The notes beneath the pieces are model-generated. The model did no database searches. It worked only from the letters and a program-made list of their open reading frames with translations, and was not told where the DNA came from. The position numbers and the translations under genes are program-made. DNA of 25,505 nucleotides from Phycisphaerae bacterium (GTDB lineage: Bacteria > Planctomycetota > Phycisphaerae > UBA1845 > Fen-1342). Positions 1 to 9,122 of this stretch are shown here, one piece after another. Each line of letters opens with the position of its first letter. Position 1 is the first letter of the stretch. The stretch is from assembly GCA_050115495.1 (NCBI GenBank), contig JASFQK010000055.1, positions 1 to 25,505 of the forward strand, written 5' to 3'.

Positions 1-103
1 CGGCGTACTCCTCTGCCCAGCGTGGGCGGCTCGGAACCAATCTTGATCCCGAGAGTACGCCGCCTTTTTTCATCCCGCCATCAACGAAATTCGGTTATAG
101 CTC
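1..103 (-). mobile_element. Insertion-sequence left end (partial), copy 1; runs off the window edge
   Basis: 1-103 is the exact reverse complement of 25386-25488. It interrupts the 95-286 membrane gene mid-frame (TCC|GAG CTA TAA). IS family not identifiable. Confidence 0.8.
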
Positions 104-286
104 GGAGAGGACACCGTAGATGGTACCGCGTCGTTCATCCATGAATGTTAAGATGTGTTGTTGGCCACCGTGCCTGAGCGCCCAATACACGAAACCTCCC
201 CAAGCCGCCACCGCCAGCAGCGATTCGCACCAGAGAAAATGGCGGGCCCACAGTGTGCAGAGAGAAGTGCACCAGCGTCGGCTCAA
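95..286 (-). pseudogene. Membrane protein, C-terminally truncated by the IS end
   Basis: TTG start overlaps the TGA of the 283-1251 gene. Hydrophobic helix FLWCESLLAVAAWGGFVYWAL. The frame enters the IS at 103 and stops at a TAA inside it. Confidence 0.65.
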
Positions 287-1251
287 TCGTTAGCCTCCAA
301 CGCAGCAGCAACCTCAATCTCATGCTTCGTTTCGTGATACGCTTCCTCGATAGCAATATACGCATTGTCCCTGTCGAGGGCACGAGAACGTTGGCCTTGC
401 TTGAGTATGCGCTTGCTGCTGATAAGCTTGTCGCTGAGCAGATCGAGTGTCGTCGACCGCTGCGTCTCTTTGTCCAACCCGGTAACGGTGAATCGCTTGG
501 CGTTTTCTTGAAGGTCACTGCGGCCGACAAGAGCACGAATGAAATCCTGGAACCGCTTTCCCAAGGTGGCCTTGCGCTTGCGGCCCGCCGAGAGCTGCAA
601 CGCGATCTCCTCGACGGTTTCCGTGGCCGCCGCTTCGGCAGCGGCGAAGGCGTGGCCCAGGCTGTCGTTGGCCTCTTTCACGATTGTGGCATAGGCCGGC
701 CGGATCTTCAGGTCCATGACGCGAAGCGTCTGAAACTTGTCCAGTTCATCTAGGACATCGGTACGAATGAGCGGTTCGATTGTGAGAGCAGGGGGTGTGC
801 TGGGTACGCGAGCCTTGAGATAGCTTGCCAGGCGTGTGGCGCGTGGCCCGTAGAAGTTGAAGACGGCCCCAAGGATGTTGTTTGGGAAGAACGAGATGTG
901 CGTAATCTCACTCAACCCAGCATTCGGTGCGATGTTGAGTGGCGACAGCCGTCCACCTCCATCCTCCACAAGGGGAAGGCTTGCCCGTCGCACAATGGCA
1001 AATCGCATACGGTGGTTGGCACGTGTACTGTCGATCCACGAGCACACGACCTCACCGTCCGCAGTCGGCTGATACCGCCCAGTGTTGTCCCACGCGAGCT
1101 TGTTGACGTGGCCAAGCGCAGGGCCTGGGTCGTAGAGAATCGGTTTGCCGGCGTCATCTCTCCCGCAGTTTACGCGGTAGAACATGATCCGGCGCTCGAC
1201 GGTGGGGCGGTCGCGACGCCCGCCGGTTCTGTTGGTCGTCTTCTTCGCCAC
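283..1251 (-). CDS. Conserved hypothetical protein (322 aa), loosely DUF4747/DUF6731/KwaB-like
   Basis: Long globular ORF with GLSEITHISFF...GAVFNFYGPR...LASYL motif, coupled to a membrane gene. The family is a recollection, not a search result. Confidence 0.75.
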   Translation of the reverse strand: MAKKTTNRTGGRRDRPTVERRIMFYRVNCGRDDAGKPILYDPGPALGHVNKLAWDNTGRYQPTADGEVVCSWIDSTRANHRMRFAIVRRASLPLVEDGGGRLSPLNIAPNAGLSEITHISFFPNNILGAVFNFYGPRATRLASYLKARVPSTPPALTIEPLIRTDVLDELDKFQTLRVMDLKIRPAYATIVKEANDSLGHAFAAAEAAATETVEEIALQLSAGRKRKATLGKRFQDFIRALVGRSDLQENAKRFTVTGLDKETQRSTTLDLLSDKLISSKRILKQGQRSRALDRDNAYIAIEEAYHETKHEIEVAAALEAND

Positions 1252-1641
1252 GCGAGCACCCCGATGTGCTGCCCCGTCCCTTCGCGGGCGGTCAGTAAGG
1301 TCTTTGGTTCCTCAGCTGCCCTGCGGACTCCGACTCACCTGGGTACTCCCAGTAACGTGTGTCTGCACGAGGCCCAGTGCCAGAACTGAACAGTTGCGTA
1401 CGTTACCGTTGCCTCAGCCCGTGGTCAACTACACCCACCGGAGCCGCCCAGTACATCAACGGCCAAGCCCGTTTCTTCATGCTCAGCCTTCGGACCGACG
1501 CTCGCGGCAAACCGTGGCCACACGGGCTGCACGCGCTGCAATCCGGCCGTACGCCTGAAGGGGGACAGATTGTCAGAAAACGTCGCTTCGGCGAGGGCTG
1601 GCCGGCTCTGCGGGCATGATGTGTGTAGGAGGCCAGCGACG

Positions 1642-2250
1642 TTGAGCAGCCAATCGGATGTCGGCCCCGTTCGCAGTCCGTTCGCAATCGCACCGGTCGC
1701 CGTGAACGTGGACGGCCAGTCGGTCCTCGCGCGCGTCTTCACAGACGCCGGCGACGGCCTCTACCGGTTCATCCTCGTCCGCGTGCGTGGCGACCGTGAC
1801 GTCGCCGCCGACCTCCTTCAGCAGACGTGTTGCGAGGCGGTCCGCCACCGCCGGCATCCGGCGGACGCGGATGAGTGCGAGGCCTGGCTGCGGGGCATCG
1901 CCCGCAACCTGGTTCGGCGGCACTGGCGCCGTCTCCGGCGGACGCCGGTGCGCGTCCGGCTCGATGATACCGACCTCGGGTCGCGGCTGGCGGAAGACCT
2001 GGCCTCCAGGCCGCTGCCGCTGGACGAGCTGATTCGCGCCGAGGTCGTAGAACGAATGCTGCTGACCGTCACGAGTCTGCCGGCGGCTGAGCAGGAGTTG
2101 GTGTTCGCGTACTACTTCGACGGGCGTGCCCAGGCTGAGATCGCGCGCGAGCTGGGCGTGTCCGAGAAGAGTGTGGAGTGTCGATTGTCGCGTGTGCGTG
2201 CAAAGCTGCGCACCGCGTTAAGAGATTCAGAAAGGTCAGGTGCGGAATGA
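1642..2250 (+). CDS. ECF RNA polymerase sigma-70 factor
   Basis: Region 2 (LYRFILVRV..DVAADLLQQT..AWLRGIARNL) and region 4 (LPAAEQELVFAYYFDGRAQAEIARELGVSEKSVECRLSRVRAKLR). AGGAGG at 1627-1632 favours the TTG at 1642 over the ORF-track start at 1570. Confidence 0.95.
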   Translation: MSSQSDVGPVRSPFAIAPVAVNVDGQSVLARVFTDAGDGLYRFILVRVRGDRDVAADLLQQTCCEAVRHRRHPADADECEAWLRGIARNLVRRHWRRLRRTPVRVRLDDTDLGSRLAEDLASRPLPLDELIRAEVVERMLLTVTSLPAAEQELVFAYYFDGRAQAEIARELGVSEKSVECRLSRVRAKLRTALRDSERSGAE

Positions 2251-3323
2251 ACCCGGCGAACGAATCGGACCGCCGGTTCGACGAGAACCTGCGGCGGCTT
2301 GGCCCACACGTACCGGTGCCGCCGGGGCTTCCGCCCGATGTCCGCGCCCGCTGCCGCGCTGTGCTGGAAGGCACCGCCGGCGAGCGGCCTGGGAGGTTTG
2401 CCGTGATGTTCAGGAAACCAGCCATACTATCCGCCACGGGGATTGCGGCGATTGTCGTACTGAGTCTGCTGTTGCTGCCGCGCGGAACCACGCCCGAGGT
2501 CCGCGCCGCCATGATCGTTCAGAAGCTCACCGAGCAGTACAACCAGCCCATCCGGTTGGACCTCACGATGGAGGGGCTCGAGATCGGGCCGGACATGGCG
2601 GGGACTGCCGGTCTGAAGCAGGTGGTCCTCGACGGGTACCTGCAGCTAAGCGGCGAGGGCGTGGCCGGAGACGTCGCCATGAAGATCGTGTTCGGTGACG
2701 ACTCCGGGCTGCCGGTCAGCGGGGAATTGAGCATGGATGTGGGACTCGCCCTGGCCGGACCGGCGAGGTGGCTGCTGATCCGCTCCATCACGGCTACTGA
2801 TCCGGTCGTGCAGATGCAGCTCGGACTGGTGTGCCCGGCGGGGAGCGAGACGCTCGTGCTACTGCCGGAGGACCAGGAGGGATTCGAGCTCGGCGTGGAC
2901 GTCGGCGACGAGCTCGACCAGGTCCGGGCGCAGTTGGACAAGATGGTCGAGGAGCTGTCGGCGGAGGAGGCGGAGGAAAAGGGCCTGCTCCGCAAACAGC
3001 CGGACGGGACGTTCGTGCTCACAGTGCCCGTGGGCACGCACGTGGGCGTGCCCGGGATGGAATTGCCGGAAGAGGCGATGACCGGTACGACGGTCGAAAT
3101 CGTCTACGATCCGGCGACCGGCCAGGTGCTGAACATGACCGCCGCCGGCCTGCTCGGCCGCCCGCCGGCCCGCGTCGTGGTGGCGTTCCACGAAGGCGGG
3201 ATCGATCCGGCGTTGTTGGACGTCGAGCCGATCAAGGCCCGTGAGCCCCGCATCCTCGACGTCGGGGCACTGATGTCGAAGCCGAAACCGCCGGCAGAGT
3301 CCACGGAGGATGACGAGCCGTAA
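2247..3323 (+). CDS. Putative membrane-anchored anti-sigma factor
   Basis: ATGA overlap with the sigma stop, short cytoplasmic N-terminus, one TM helix (AILSATGIAAIVVLSLLLL) and a large beta-rich extracytoplasmic domain. Confidence 0.8.
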   Translation: MNPANESDRRFDENLRRLGPHVPVPPGLPPDVRARCRAVLEGTAGERPGRFAVMFRKPAILSATGIAAIVVLSLLLLPRGTTPEVRAAMIVQKLTEQYNQPIRLDLTMEGLEIGPDMAGTAGLKQVVLDGYLQLSGEGVAGDVAMKIVFGDDSGLPVSGELSMDVGLALAGPARWLLIRSITATDPVVQMQLGLVCPAGSETLVLLPEDQEGFELGVDVGDELDQVRAQLDKMVEELSAEEAEEKGLLRKQPDGTFVLTVPVGTHVGVPGMELPEEAMTGTTVEIVYDPATGQVLNMTAAGLLGRPPARVVVAFHEGGIDPALLDVEPIKAREPRILDVGALMSKPKPPAESTEDDEP

Positions 3324-3352
3324 CGCGGCCGCCGATCAAAACCCAAGCTCAA

Positions 3353-3479
3353 CGCGGCGTCAGGTCCGGCCTCCGGCCCTGACACCGCGGTTTCCTGACG
3401 TCTTCGCGAGGAGTTCTAAGCGGATGGAGCGAGGCGTCCGCACCCGGTGTGCCTGAATCACTCCGGCGTGCGGACGCCT
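3353..3479. terminator. Two GC-rich hairpins between convergent genes
   Basis: CGCGGCGTCAGG...CCTGACACCGCG (3353-3389) and a perfect 12-bp stem AGGCGTCCGCAC/GTGCGGACGCCT (3432-3479). No strong U tract. Confidence 0.45.
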
Positions 3480-3517
3480 GTGTTGTCGAGGTTGCGGTGT
3501 GGCTACGTCGCGATCAC

Positions 3518-4513
3518 CTAGCGGCGGCGGATGCCGAGCAGCGCCAGACCCGCCAGAGTCAGGAAGCTGGCCGGTTCGGGAACCAGCGTGGTATTCCCTG
3601 GCCCGGAGATCCAGCTATTGAAGGTGTACCCTTCGCTGACGAAACAGTCGGCCTGCACAAGGAAGTAGGTGTGACCGGTCTCAAGGTAGACGGACTTGAT
3701 GTCCGGATAGCCCACACCGTAGTCACCCTGCTCGTCGGCGTACAGCAGGTGGTCGTAGTCACCGGCGACGTCGAACTCGTCCGCGAAGAGATAGCTCATC
3801 GCGTAATCGAAAGGGGTTATCCCGTAGAAGTGGGTGTGTATGCCGTATACGCCGCTCTCGTCCACGGTGAACGGATAGACGCTGTACGCCGTCTCCTCAG
3901 TCGCTCGACCGTTGTCCGTTCCGTTGAACGTGTCCACGAGCGGGCGATACCAGGTGCCGCCGGAGAAGCTGTCGCCGGCGATCTGCGACACTGTGGCCTC
4001 GTACAGCTCCACTTCGATGTTGCTCCACTCGACCGTACTTCTGGGCGTCCAGACGTTGAAGCGCATGCCCACCGATTGGTCGCCGGGGTAGGGCGTTGGA
4101 ACCGTGTAGAAGGAACGCAGCCAGAAGCTGGGCTCGTCGTACGTGATGCGAACCAACTCATTGCCGGGTACGTGGAACGTCTGCGAGGACTGCACGTACG
4201 ACCCGATGCGGTTCGTCGGGACCACGGGCTGCGTGGGGTCGTAGAACGAGAATCCCGTGTGGTGCGGCTGGGCGCTGCCCCACGTGCACTGCCAGTCGAA
4301 CGATACCCGCAGGCCCATGTACGTGCCCGACGGGATGTTCAGTGCGTCGCATTGTTCCGGCGTAACCGTCGCGTGGTACTCGCTCGGGCCGCCGCCCGAC
4401 GTGACGCTCAGCAGCGTCGGGTAATTGATCGTGTGGATGTCGCCCGCCGACGCGGTTGATACGGCGACGCTCAATGCCAACCCCACTGCCACCATACACA
4501 TTGACTTCTTCAC
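3518..4513 (-). CDS. PEP-CTERM sorting-domain secreted protein (331 aa)
   Basis: Signal peptide MKKSMCMVAVGLALSVAVSTASA, C-terminal VPEPASFLTLAGLALLGIRRR, and AGGAGGAG RBS before the GTG. Confidence 0.93.
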   Translation of the reverse strand: MKKSMCMVAVGLALSVAVSTASAGDIHTINYPTLLSVTSGGGPSEYHATVTPEQCDALNIPSGTYMGLRVSFDWQCTWGSAQPHHTGFSFYDPTQPVVPTNRIGSYVQSSQTFHVPGNELVRITYDEPSFWLRSFYTVPTPYPGDQSVGMRFNVWTPRSTVEWSNIEVELYEATVSQIAGDSFSGGTWYRPLVDTFNGTDNGRATEETAYSVYPFTVDESGVYGIHTHFYGITPFDYAMSYLFADEFDVAGDYDHLLYADEQGDYGVGYPDIKSVYLETGHTYFLVQADCFVSEGYTFNSWISGPGNTTLVPEPASFLTLAGLALLGIRRR

Positions 4514-4689
4514 GGACTGCTCCTCCTGATTGGAAAGACATCTGCCGGCGCGAGATCAGCCGACCCCGCCCATCGAGTGTCGCGTGATCCCGGCACAGCG
4601 CTCCGCGCACACGACATGCGCCAAGTCTACTCAAAGTCCGATATTGATCTCGCGATATCCTCTTCCGTGTGGCGTTACGCCCTCCCGGA

Positions 4690-4804
4690 CGACTACGTAG
4701 ATCCAACGTGCACGTCAAGCATAGCAGGCCCCAGGTTCCTATTCAAGTTCCTATTTAGAAATCCACATGGGAATTTGACTAGCAGGTCGCCCGTCGGTTA
4801 GTAT
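4690..4804. promoter_or_regulatory. Divergent promoter region with a 12-bp tandem repeat
   Basis: Minus strand: TTGACG (4718-4713) with a weak -10. Plus strand: TTGACT (4775-4780)-N18-TAGTAT (4799-4804). CAGGTTCCTATT/CAAGTTCCTATT tandem at 4732-4755. Confidence 0.5.
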
Positions 4805-4902
4805 TGTCGTGAGTTGGTGGCGCACGCGCTGGCCGATCTGCGGCCAAGGCTCCGTCCGCTTGTGCAGCGGCGACGTTAACTGTTGTCGTTGGAGGGTTTG
4901 TA

Positions 4903-6153
4903 ATCGGCGCCTCGAATCTGACATTCGACTTCGAGGCCGATCTCAAGGCCATCGCCCATCGGCTGCGCGCGACGATCCTCGACCTGATGGCCTCGGCGCA
5001 GCAGGATGCCGGTAGACCTCAGGAACTCGCCCGCACGCTCGGTCTGGACAAGAACCTGACCTGGAAGATCTCCAAGGTCGTCCAGGAGCCGAACGCCTTC
5101 GCCGCCATCTCGCATTTCCCGGGTCCGGCGAGCGTACGGGCTTTCCTGAAGGCTTTCGAGCGTGCCGGGGCGAGCTCCGCATCGATACAGGCCGTGCGAC
5201 AGGCGACCGCCGATTTCGAGCACGTGGTCCGCGTGCACTCGAATGACCGAGTGACGCTGGAGATGATGCTCAATAACCTGGCCGCCGACAGCGGACGGTC
5301 GCGCATGGAGGTCCATCGACGAAGCCTGTTCCGCGGCGTTAGCGCCATGTGGGGCGTGCAGGCCCGGATGCAGATCTCTGTGCATGCGGTCGTGCCCAGT
5401 GAGGATCCCGATTGGGTGGATGTCGCCTGGTTGAGCGGTTTGGTCGATCTGCGTCGCCTGAGCCGCGACACGCCTTGGGTGATCACATCGGTTGGGAAGT
5501 TCGCCGATGACGGTACGGCCCTGCCGGTGGGAGCGGTCGAGCCGCTCGATCCGGCGTTTGCAGCGCCGAGTGTGGCGCCGTTACTGTGGGACTTCTGCTC
5601 GCAGCCGCTGCCCGAGGTCAGGATCGACAGGGCAGGTGACGGCATAACGCGTTACGTCCTGGTGGAAGGGCCGATCGGCAATGTCGCGGCCAGTACGTGC
5701 ATCATCGGGCTGCTTATCCGCGCGGCCGTGCGTCGCACACGAGCAGACAACTACGTGTATGGAGAGCACGGCGCCCGGCTGTACACTCCGACTGAGCTTC
5801 TCGTGCATGACCTGTTCGTGCATCGCGATCTGGAGCATGCGCTACAACCCCAGTCGAACGTGTACAGCCAGATGCCGGGGGGCGTGGTGTACCCTGCGTG
5901 CGGAATCGATCGCGGCTTACTGCCGGCCGGCGAGTCCTTGAGTTCGCTGGGGGCGCCGCCAGATGTGGTGATGACCGAATTCCCGCTGTATCGCCAGATG
6001 ATTGAGTGCGTTTTCAGTCGTCAGGGCTGGGATCTGCGGCAGTTTCACGGTTTTCGGTTGAAGCTGCGTTACCCGCCCATCCCCGCGCTGGCGATTCTGC
6101 GGTATCCGTTGCCGGCGGTAGGGGGGGGACCAGGCGAACCGCCGAAGCACTGA
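4903..6153 (+). CDS. Uncharacterised HTH-containing ~415 aa protein, paralogue 1
   Basis: Shares ELARxLxxxxxL, PLLxxFCSxPxP, PxxxLVxDxxVHxD and GWDxxxFxGxRxxxxYP with the 14.5 and 20.4 kb ORFs. Similarity extends upstream of ATG 4987. Start is uncertain (ATC 4903 after GGAGG). Confidence 0.85.
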   Translation: MGASNLTFDFEADLKAIAHRLRATILDLMASAQQDAGRPQELARTLGLDKNLTWKISKVVQEPNAFAAISHFPGPASVRAFLKAFERAGASSASIQAVRQATADFEHVVRVHSNDRVTLEMMLNNLAADSGRSRMEVHRRSLFRGVSAMWGVQARMQISVHAVVPSEDPDWVDVAWLSGLVDLRRLSRDTPWVITSVGKFADDGTALPVGAVEPLDPAFAAPSVAPLLWDFCSQPLPEVRIDRAGDGITRYVLVEGPIGNVAASTCIIGLLIRAAVRRTRADNYVYGEHGARLYTPTELLVHDLFVHRDLEHALQPQSNVYSQMPGGVVYPACGIDRGLLPAGESLSSLGAPPDVVMTEFPLYRQMIECVFSRQGWDLRQFHGFRLKLRYPPIPALAILRYPLPAVGGGPGEPPKH

Positions 6154-6189
6154 GGACTCCGAGAGGGTGTGGGCCGGTTATCCTCGCCG

Positions 6190-6325
6190 TTCGGTTGCGC
6201 TGGCGTTTCCATTCAACAATGTCCAGCTTGCGGCCGATCCGGGCGATCGGCCGCCCCATCAACAGGGCGATCTGCGCCTCGCACAGCGTGGCGATGATAT
6301 GCTCGGGCGCGTGTGTCTTCTTCAT
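6190..6325 (-). pseudogene. Degenerate IS3-family transposase OrfA N-terminus
   Basis: MKKTHAPEHIIATLCEAQIALLMGRPIARIGRKLDIVEW..R matches the IS3 OrfA pattern MKKxxTxEQIIxxLREAExxLxxGxxxxxxCRKLGIxE. No OrfB present. Confidence 0.7.
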
Positions 6326-6632
6326 CTGTCTGCCTTCTGTCTGTGCCCAGCCGCGTCAGCATCCTGACACGCCGACTGAACTCGTTGTGGAGGGCAGGCC
6401 GTACGCGACCGGTGATCGGGCGAGTCCTTCTGCCCGCTTGAAAGCAGGCATGTTCAGCCGAAGGCTAGTTAGCGTACACAACGATCGGGCACGATGTTGA
6501 CTTGCGCACTGCTGACGCTCAGTGAGAGAGGGGGTCGCTCTGCTCTTTTTCCTTGACTCTGCCCTGCATTCCGTTGACACTTGGCTGTACGCATCTCTGC
6601 CTTCGCGAGAACTCTGAATCGGTGGGTGGGCC

Positions 6633-7613
6633 ATGACAGATTCTGGCTATGTGCCGCGCACGCTGGAACTCGAGGATGTGGTCATCCAGGACGTCGCCTG
6701 GCCGCCCATGGACTTCGATCACGCCTGGGCGACGCTACGCGCCGCGCGTTGCGACTCCTTCCTGAGCCTCCGGTTACGACGGCTGTTGCAGGAATCCGGC
6801 GAGATCTGTGAGGTCAGCCGCACTGACGACGAGGCCGTGATTGCCCGTGTCGCGGCGCTGGTTGCCCATGGGCGTGTGCGATTGGTGACGGCTGCGCGCC
6901 GCGTGCCCAGCGGTGGGGCGGCTCGGCGGGCGGCGGAGACGCCGCCCGAGCCCGAACCGGAACTCGCCGCTCCGCGCGAGTACGCCTGGGTCGAATTCGA
7001 GCTGGTGGGTGAGGACGAGCAGCCGATCCCCAACGAGCCGTACGAGCTCGAACTGCCCGACGGCCGGGTCCTGCGGGGCCGGCTCGGTCGGGACGGCCGC
7101 GTACGCGTGGACGACATCGCCAATCCGGGAGAGTGCGTATTCAGCCTGATCGATCTCGACGCCGAGGCGTGGGTGGAAGGCTCACTCAGCTCAGGGTACC
7201 AGCCCGCGGACCTTCCCCCGGCGACAGAAGGGCACTACGCCAGGATCGGCCCCGGCGAAGGCACGACCCGCATCGCGCTGGAGAATGGCCTTGCGCCCGA
7301 GACGATCTGGGATCATGAGAATAACCAGAAGCTGCGTGGGGAAAGCTATAACATGAACGTGCTTATGCCGGGCGAAGAGCTTTTCGTACCGCACTTACGC
7401 CGCAAGGATGTTCGAAAACCGACGAATCAGCGACATCGTTTCTGGCGTCGTGGGGCGCCCGAACCCGACGAGTGCCTCACTATTGCATGCCAGACCGCAT
7501 TCGTAGAGGCCGCCAAGGACGGCACGCCGCTTATCGAACGCAGCGGTCCGGGCATTTGGGAGATATCGCCGGAAGCCCTCGAAGCATATGAAAGTGCGAA
7601 CCAGAATATGTAG
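6633..7613 (+). CDS. T6SS/contractile-system-associated protein with transthyretin-like beta domain and LysM-like domain
   Basis: WVEFELVGEDEQPIPNEPYELELPDG..GRLGRDG..V motif typical of VgrG/PAAR-locus accessory domains. LysM-like GEGTTRIALENGLAPETIWDHENN...NVLMPGEELFVP. Directly upstream of DUF4123. Confidence 0.75.
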   Translation: MTDSGYVPRTLELEDVVIQDVAWPPMDFDHAWATLRAARCDSFLSLRLRRLLQESGEICEVSRTDDEAVIARVAALVAHGRVRLVTAARRVPSGGAARRAAETPPEPEPELAAPREYAWVEFELVGEDEQPIPNEPYELELPDGRVLRGRLGRDGRVRVDDIANPGECVFSLIDLDAEAWVEGSLSSGYQPADLPPATEGHYARIGPGEGTTRIALENGLAPETIWDHENNQKLRGESYNMNVLMPGEELFVPHLRRKDVRKPTNQRHRFWRRGAPEPDECLTIACQTAFVEAAKDGTPLIERSGPGIWEISPEALEAYESANQNM

Positions 7614-7642
7614 GGACACGCAGTCAACGGACAAAATTCGGG

Positions 7643-8221
7643 ATGGCACAGAACAAACAGGCACGAGGCGCCGACCTGCATGTGTTAGTCACAAAGCACT
7701 GGAGGTACGGCGATAGGCTGTACGGCGTCGTTGATGCGGCGCGTGATAGCGCTTTGGCGTCTACTGCGCGCGATCGATACAAGTGGCCGGTACGCTGGCT
7801 CTTTGCTCACACGCCCAGTCATATGGCCAAAGTCGCGCCTTATCTGGTGCCGATCGAGTTTCGCCAGACGTACCCGTATCCGGGTTCGGGGTATCTCGAC
7901 TTGTGGGCACAGCACCTCTGGCGCAGTGCCGGCATCCTCCTGATCACACAGGCAAACCCGGACGAAGCGTGGGAGCATCTTCGGTCCATTTTCCAGGTAA
8001 CAACCGAGGACGAGGAGTGCGACTACTACTTTCGCTTTTATGATCCTCGGGTATTTCGTACGTTTCAGCCGACGTGTACGGGCTCGAATGCCCGGGCGTT
8101 CTTCGGTCCCGTTCGACACTTCCTGGTCGAATCGGAGACGCCTGGGAAGATGCTCTCCTTCCAGCAAGGCCGATCCGGCATCGACAGCCAGGAAGACATG
8201 CTTGAACGATCAGTGCAATAG
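7643..8221 (+). CDS. DUF4123 domain protein (T6SS effector chaperone/adaptor)
   Basis: LYGVVDAARD, VAPYLV, W..HLRS and YYFRFYDPRVFR hallmarks of DUF4123. Confidence 0.92.
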   Translation: MAQNKQARGADLHVLVTKHWRYGDRLYGVVDAARDSALASTARDRYKWPVRWLFAHTPSHMAKVAPYLVPIEFRQTYPYPGSGYLDLWAQHLWRSAGILLITQANPDEAWEHLRSIFQVTTEDEECDYYFRFYDPRVFRTFQPTCTGSNARAFFGPVRHFLVESETPGKMLSFQQGRSGIDSQEDMLERSVQ

Positions 8222-8705
8222 AGGCCGTCAGGGAGATCCTGTGGATGACGCTCAGCAATGACCAGCCTTGTGCTCTCGAAGATGAGCAGCATCCAGAATC
8301 CGAAGAGCGCATCTTTGTGCATCTGGCGCAGCGATCTGGGGCATGCGCAAGGATCCTTGCAGCCGATGAGCACGATCACGCCGCGACCTCGATCCTTGCC
8401 GAATTTGCTCAGCCGAATCCCGCCCTGACGCAGCGTGACCAGTATCATTTTATCTTCCTCGTCGTTGATGATTTGGGGAGCAAGCTTACCCTCCAACTCC
8501 GTCATCCGAGGTTGATACGTAAGTGCATTGCGTCCCCCGTCCGCGCGCCAATTCCCAGGCTTTTCGCTCTCGTCCTCTGTATCGCCACGGCACTCCTGCA
8601 CCGACACGGTTTTCTTGCGCGTCAATCCCGCTGCATAGGCGCCGCGGCTCATAGGGCTTCCCAAGCCACGATTGGCCGCGGACGGAATGTCAAGGAGTTG
8701 CCCTG

Positions 8706-9122
8706 ATGTCAAGCAAGCCTAAAACATATCAGCCTATCGAACGCACGTACGCAAATTACGCGGAGAGTCAAGAGCTTGTATTGCCATTGTCCAAACTGAA
8801 GAAGATGAAACCCCCAAAATCCTGCGCCATCTTCTATGGGAAAACGAAATGCAAGGCGTGCGGCAATAGAAAACCGGTGAAAGGCGTTGTCTGCCATAAA
8901 AGGCCTGTACTCCCAGCTACCCCGCGATGCGTAGCGCTTGTGAACGCTCTGGCTTTGGAGTATTTGTCGCGCGCGCGCAATACGAACAGTCTTGGCATGA
9001 AGGGCACTGGAGAGTCTCTTCGGAATCTAATGATAGGCGCACTCATATGTAAATCTGATAAGAAGTTCGGAACTACCGCGGGAAAAGCCCCTGAAAAAAA
9101 ACCTACTAATGTCCTCCCTTAA
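8706..9122 (+). CDS. Putative effector, N-terminal part (Cys/Lys-rich); probably one gene with 9109-9591
   Basis: Low-GC ORF with CKAC. Ends 21 nt after an A8 run (9094-9101). A7 would join it in frame to the next ORF. Confidence 0.55.
   Translation: MSSKPKTYQPIERTYANYAESQELVLPLSKLKKMKPPKSCAIFYGKTKCKACGNRKPVKGVVCHKRPVLPATPRCVALVNALALEYLSRARNTNSLGMKGTGESLRNLMIGALICKSDKKFGTTAGKAPEKKPTNVLP

Noticed and set aside
1359..1619. Short ORF upstream of the ECF sigma (GAAQYINGQARFFMLSLRTD)
   Set aside because: Possibly a gene remnant, but it has no RBS or recognisable family.
3358..3372. TCAGGTCCGG resembling the SRP RNA core
   Set aside because: The following AAGGAAGCAGC is absent, and it is explained by a local hairpin.
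3449..4459. Long antisense ORFs (3449-4459, 10070-11110, 20418-21359, 13619-14422 and others)
   Set aside because: Shadows of real genes on the opposite strand, expected in high-GC DNA.
8065..8712. Opposing ORFs 8245-8706 (+) and 8065-8712 (-) between DUF4123 and the effector
   Set aside because: Neither has recognisable motifs and the coding strand cannot be chosen. An immunity gene or remnant here cannot be excluded.
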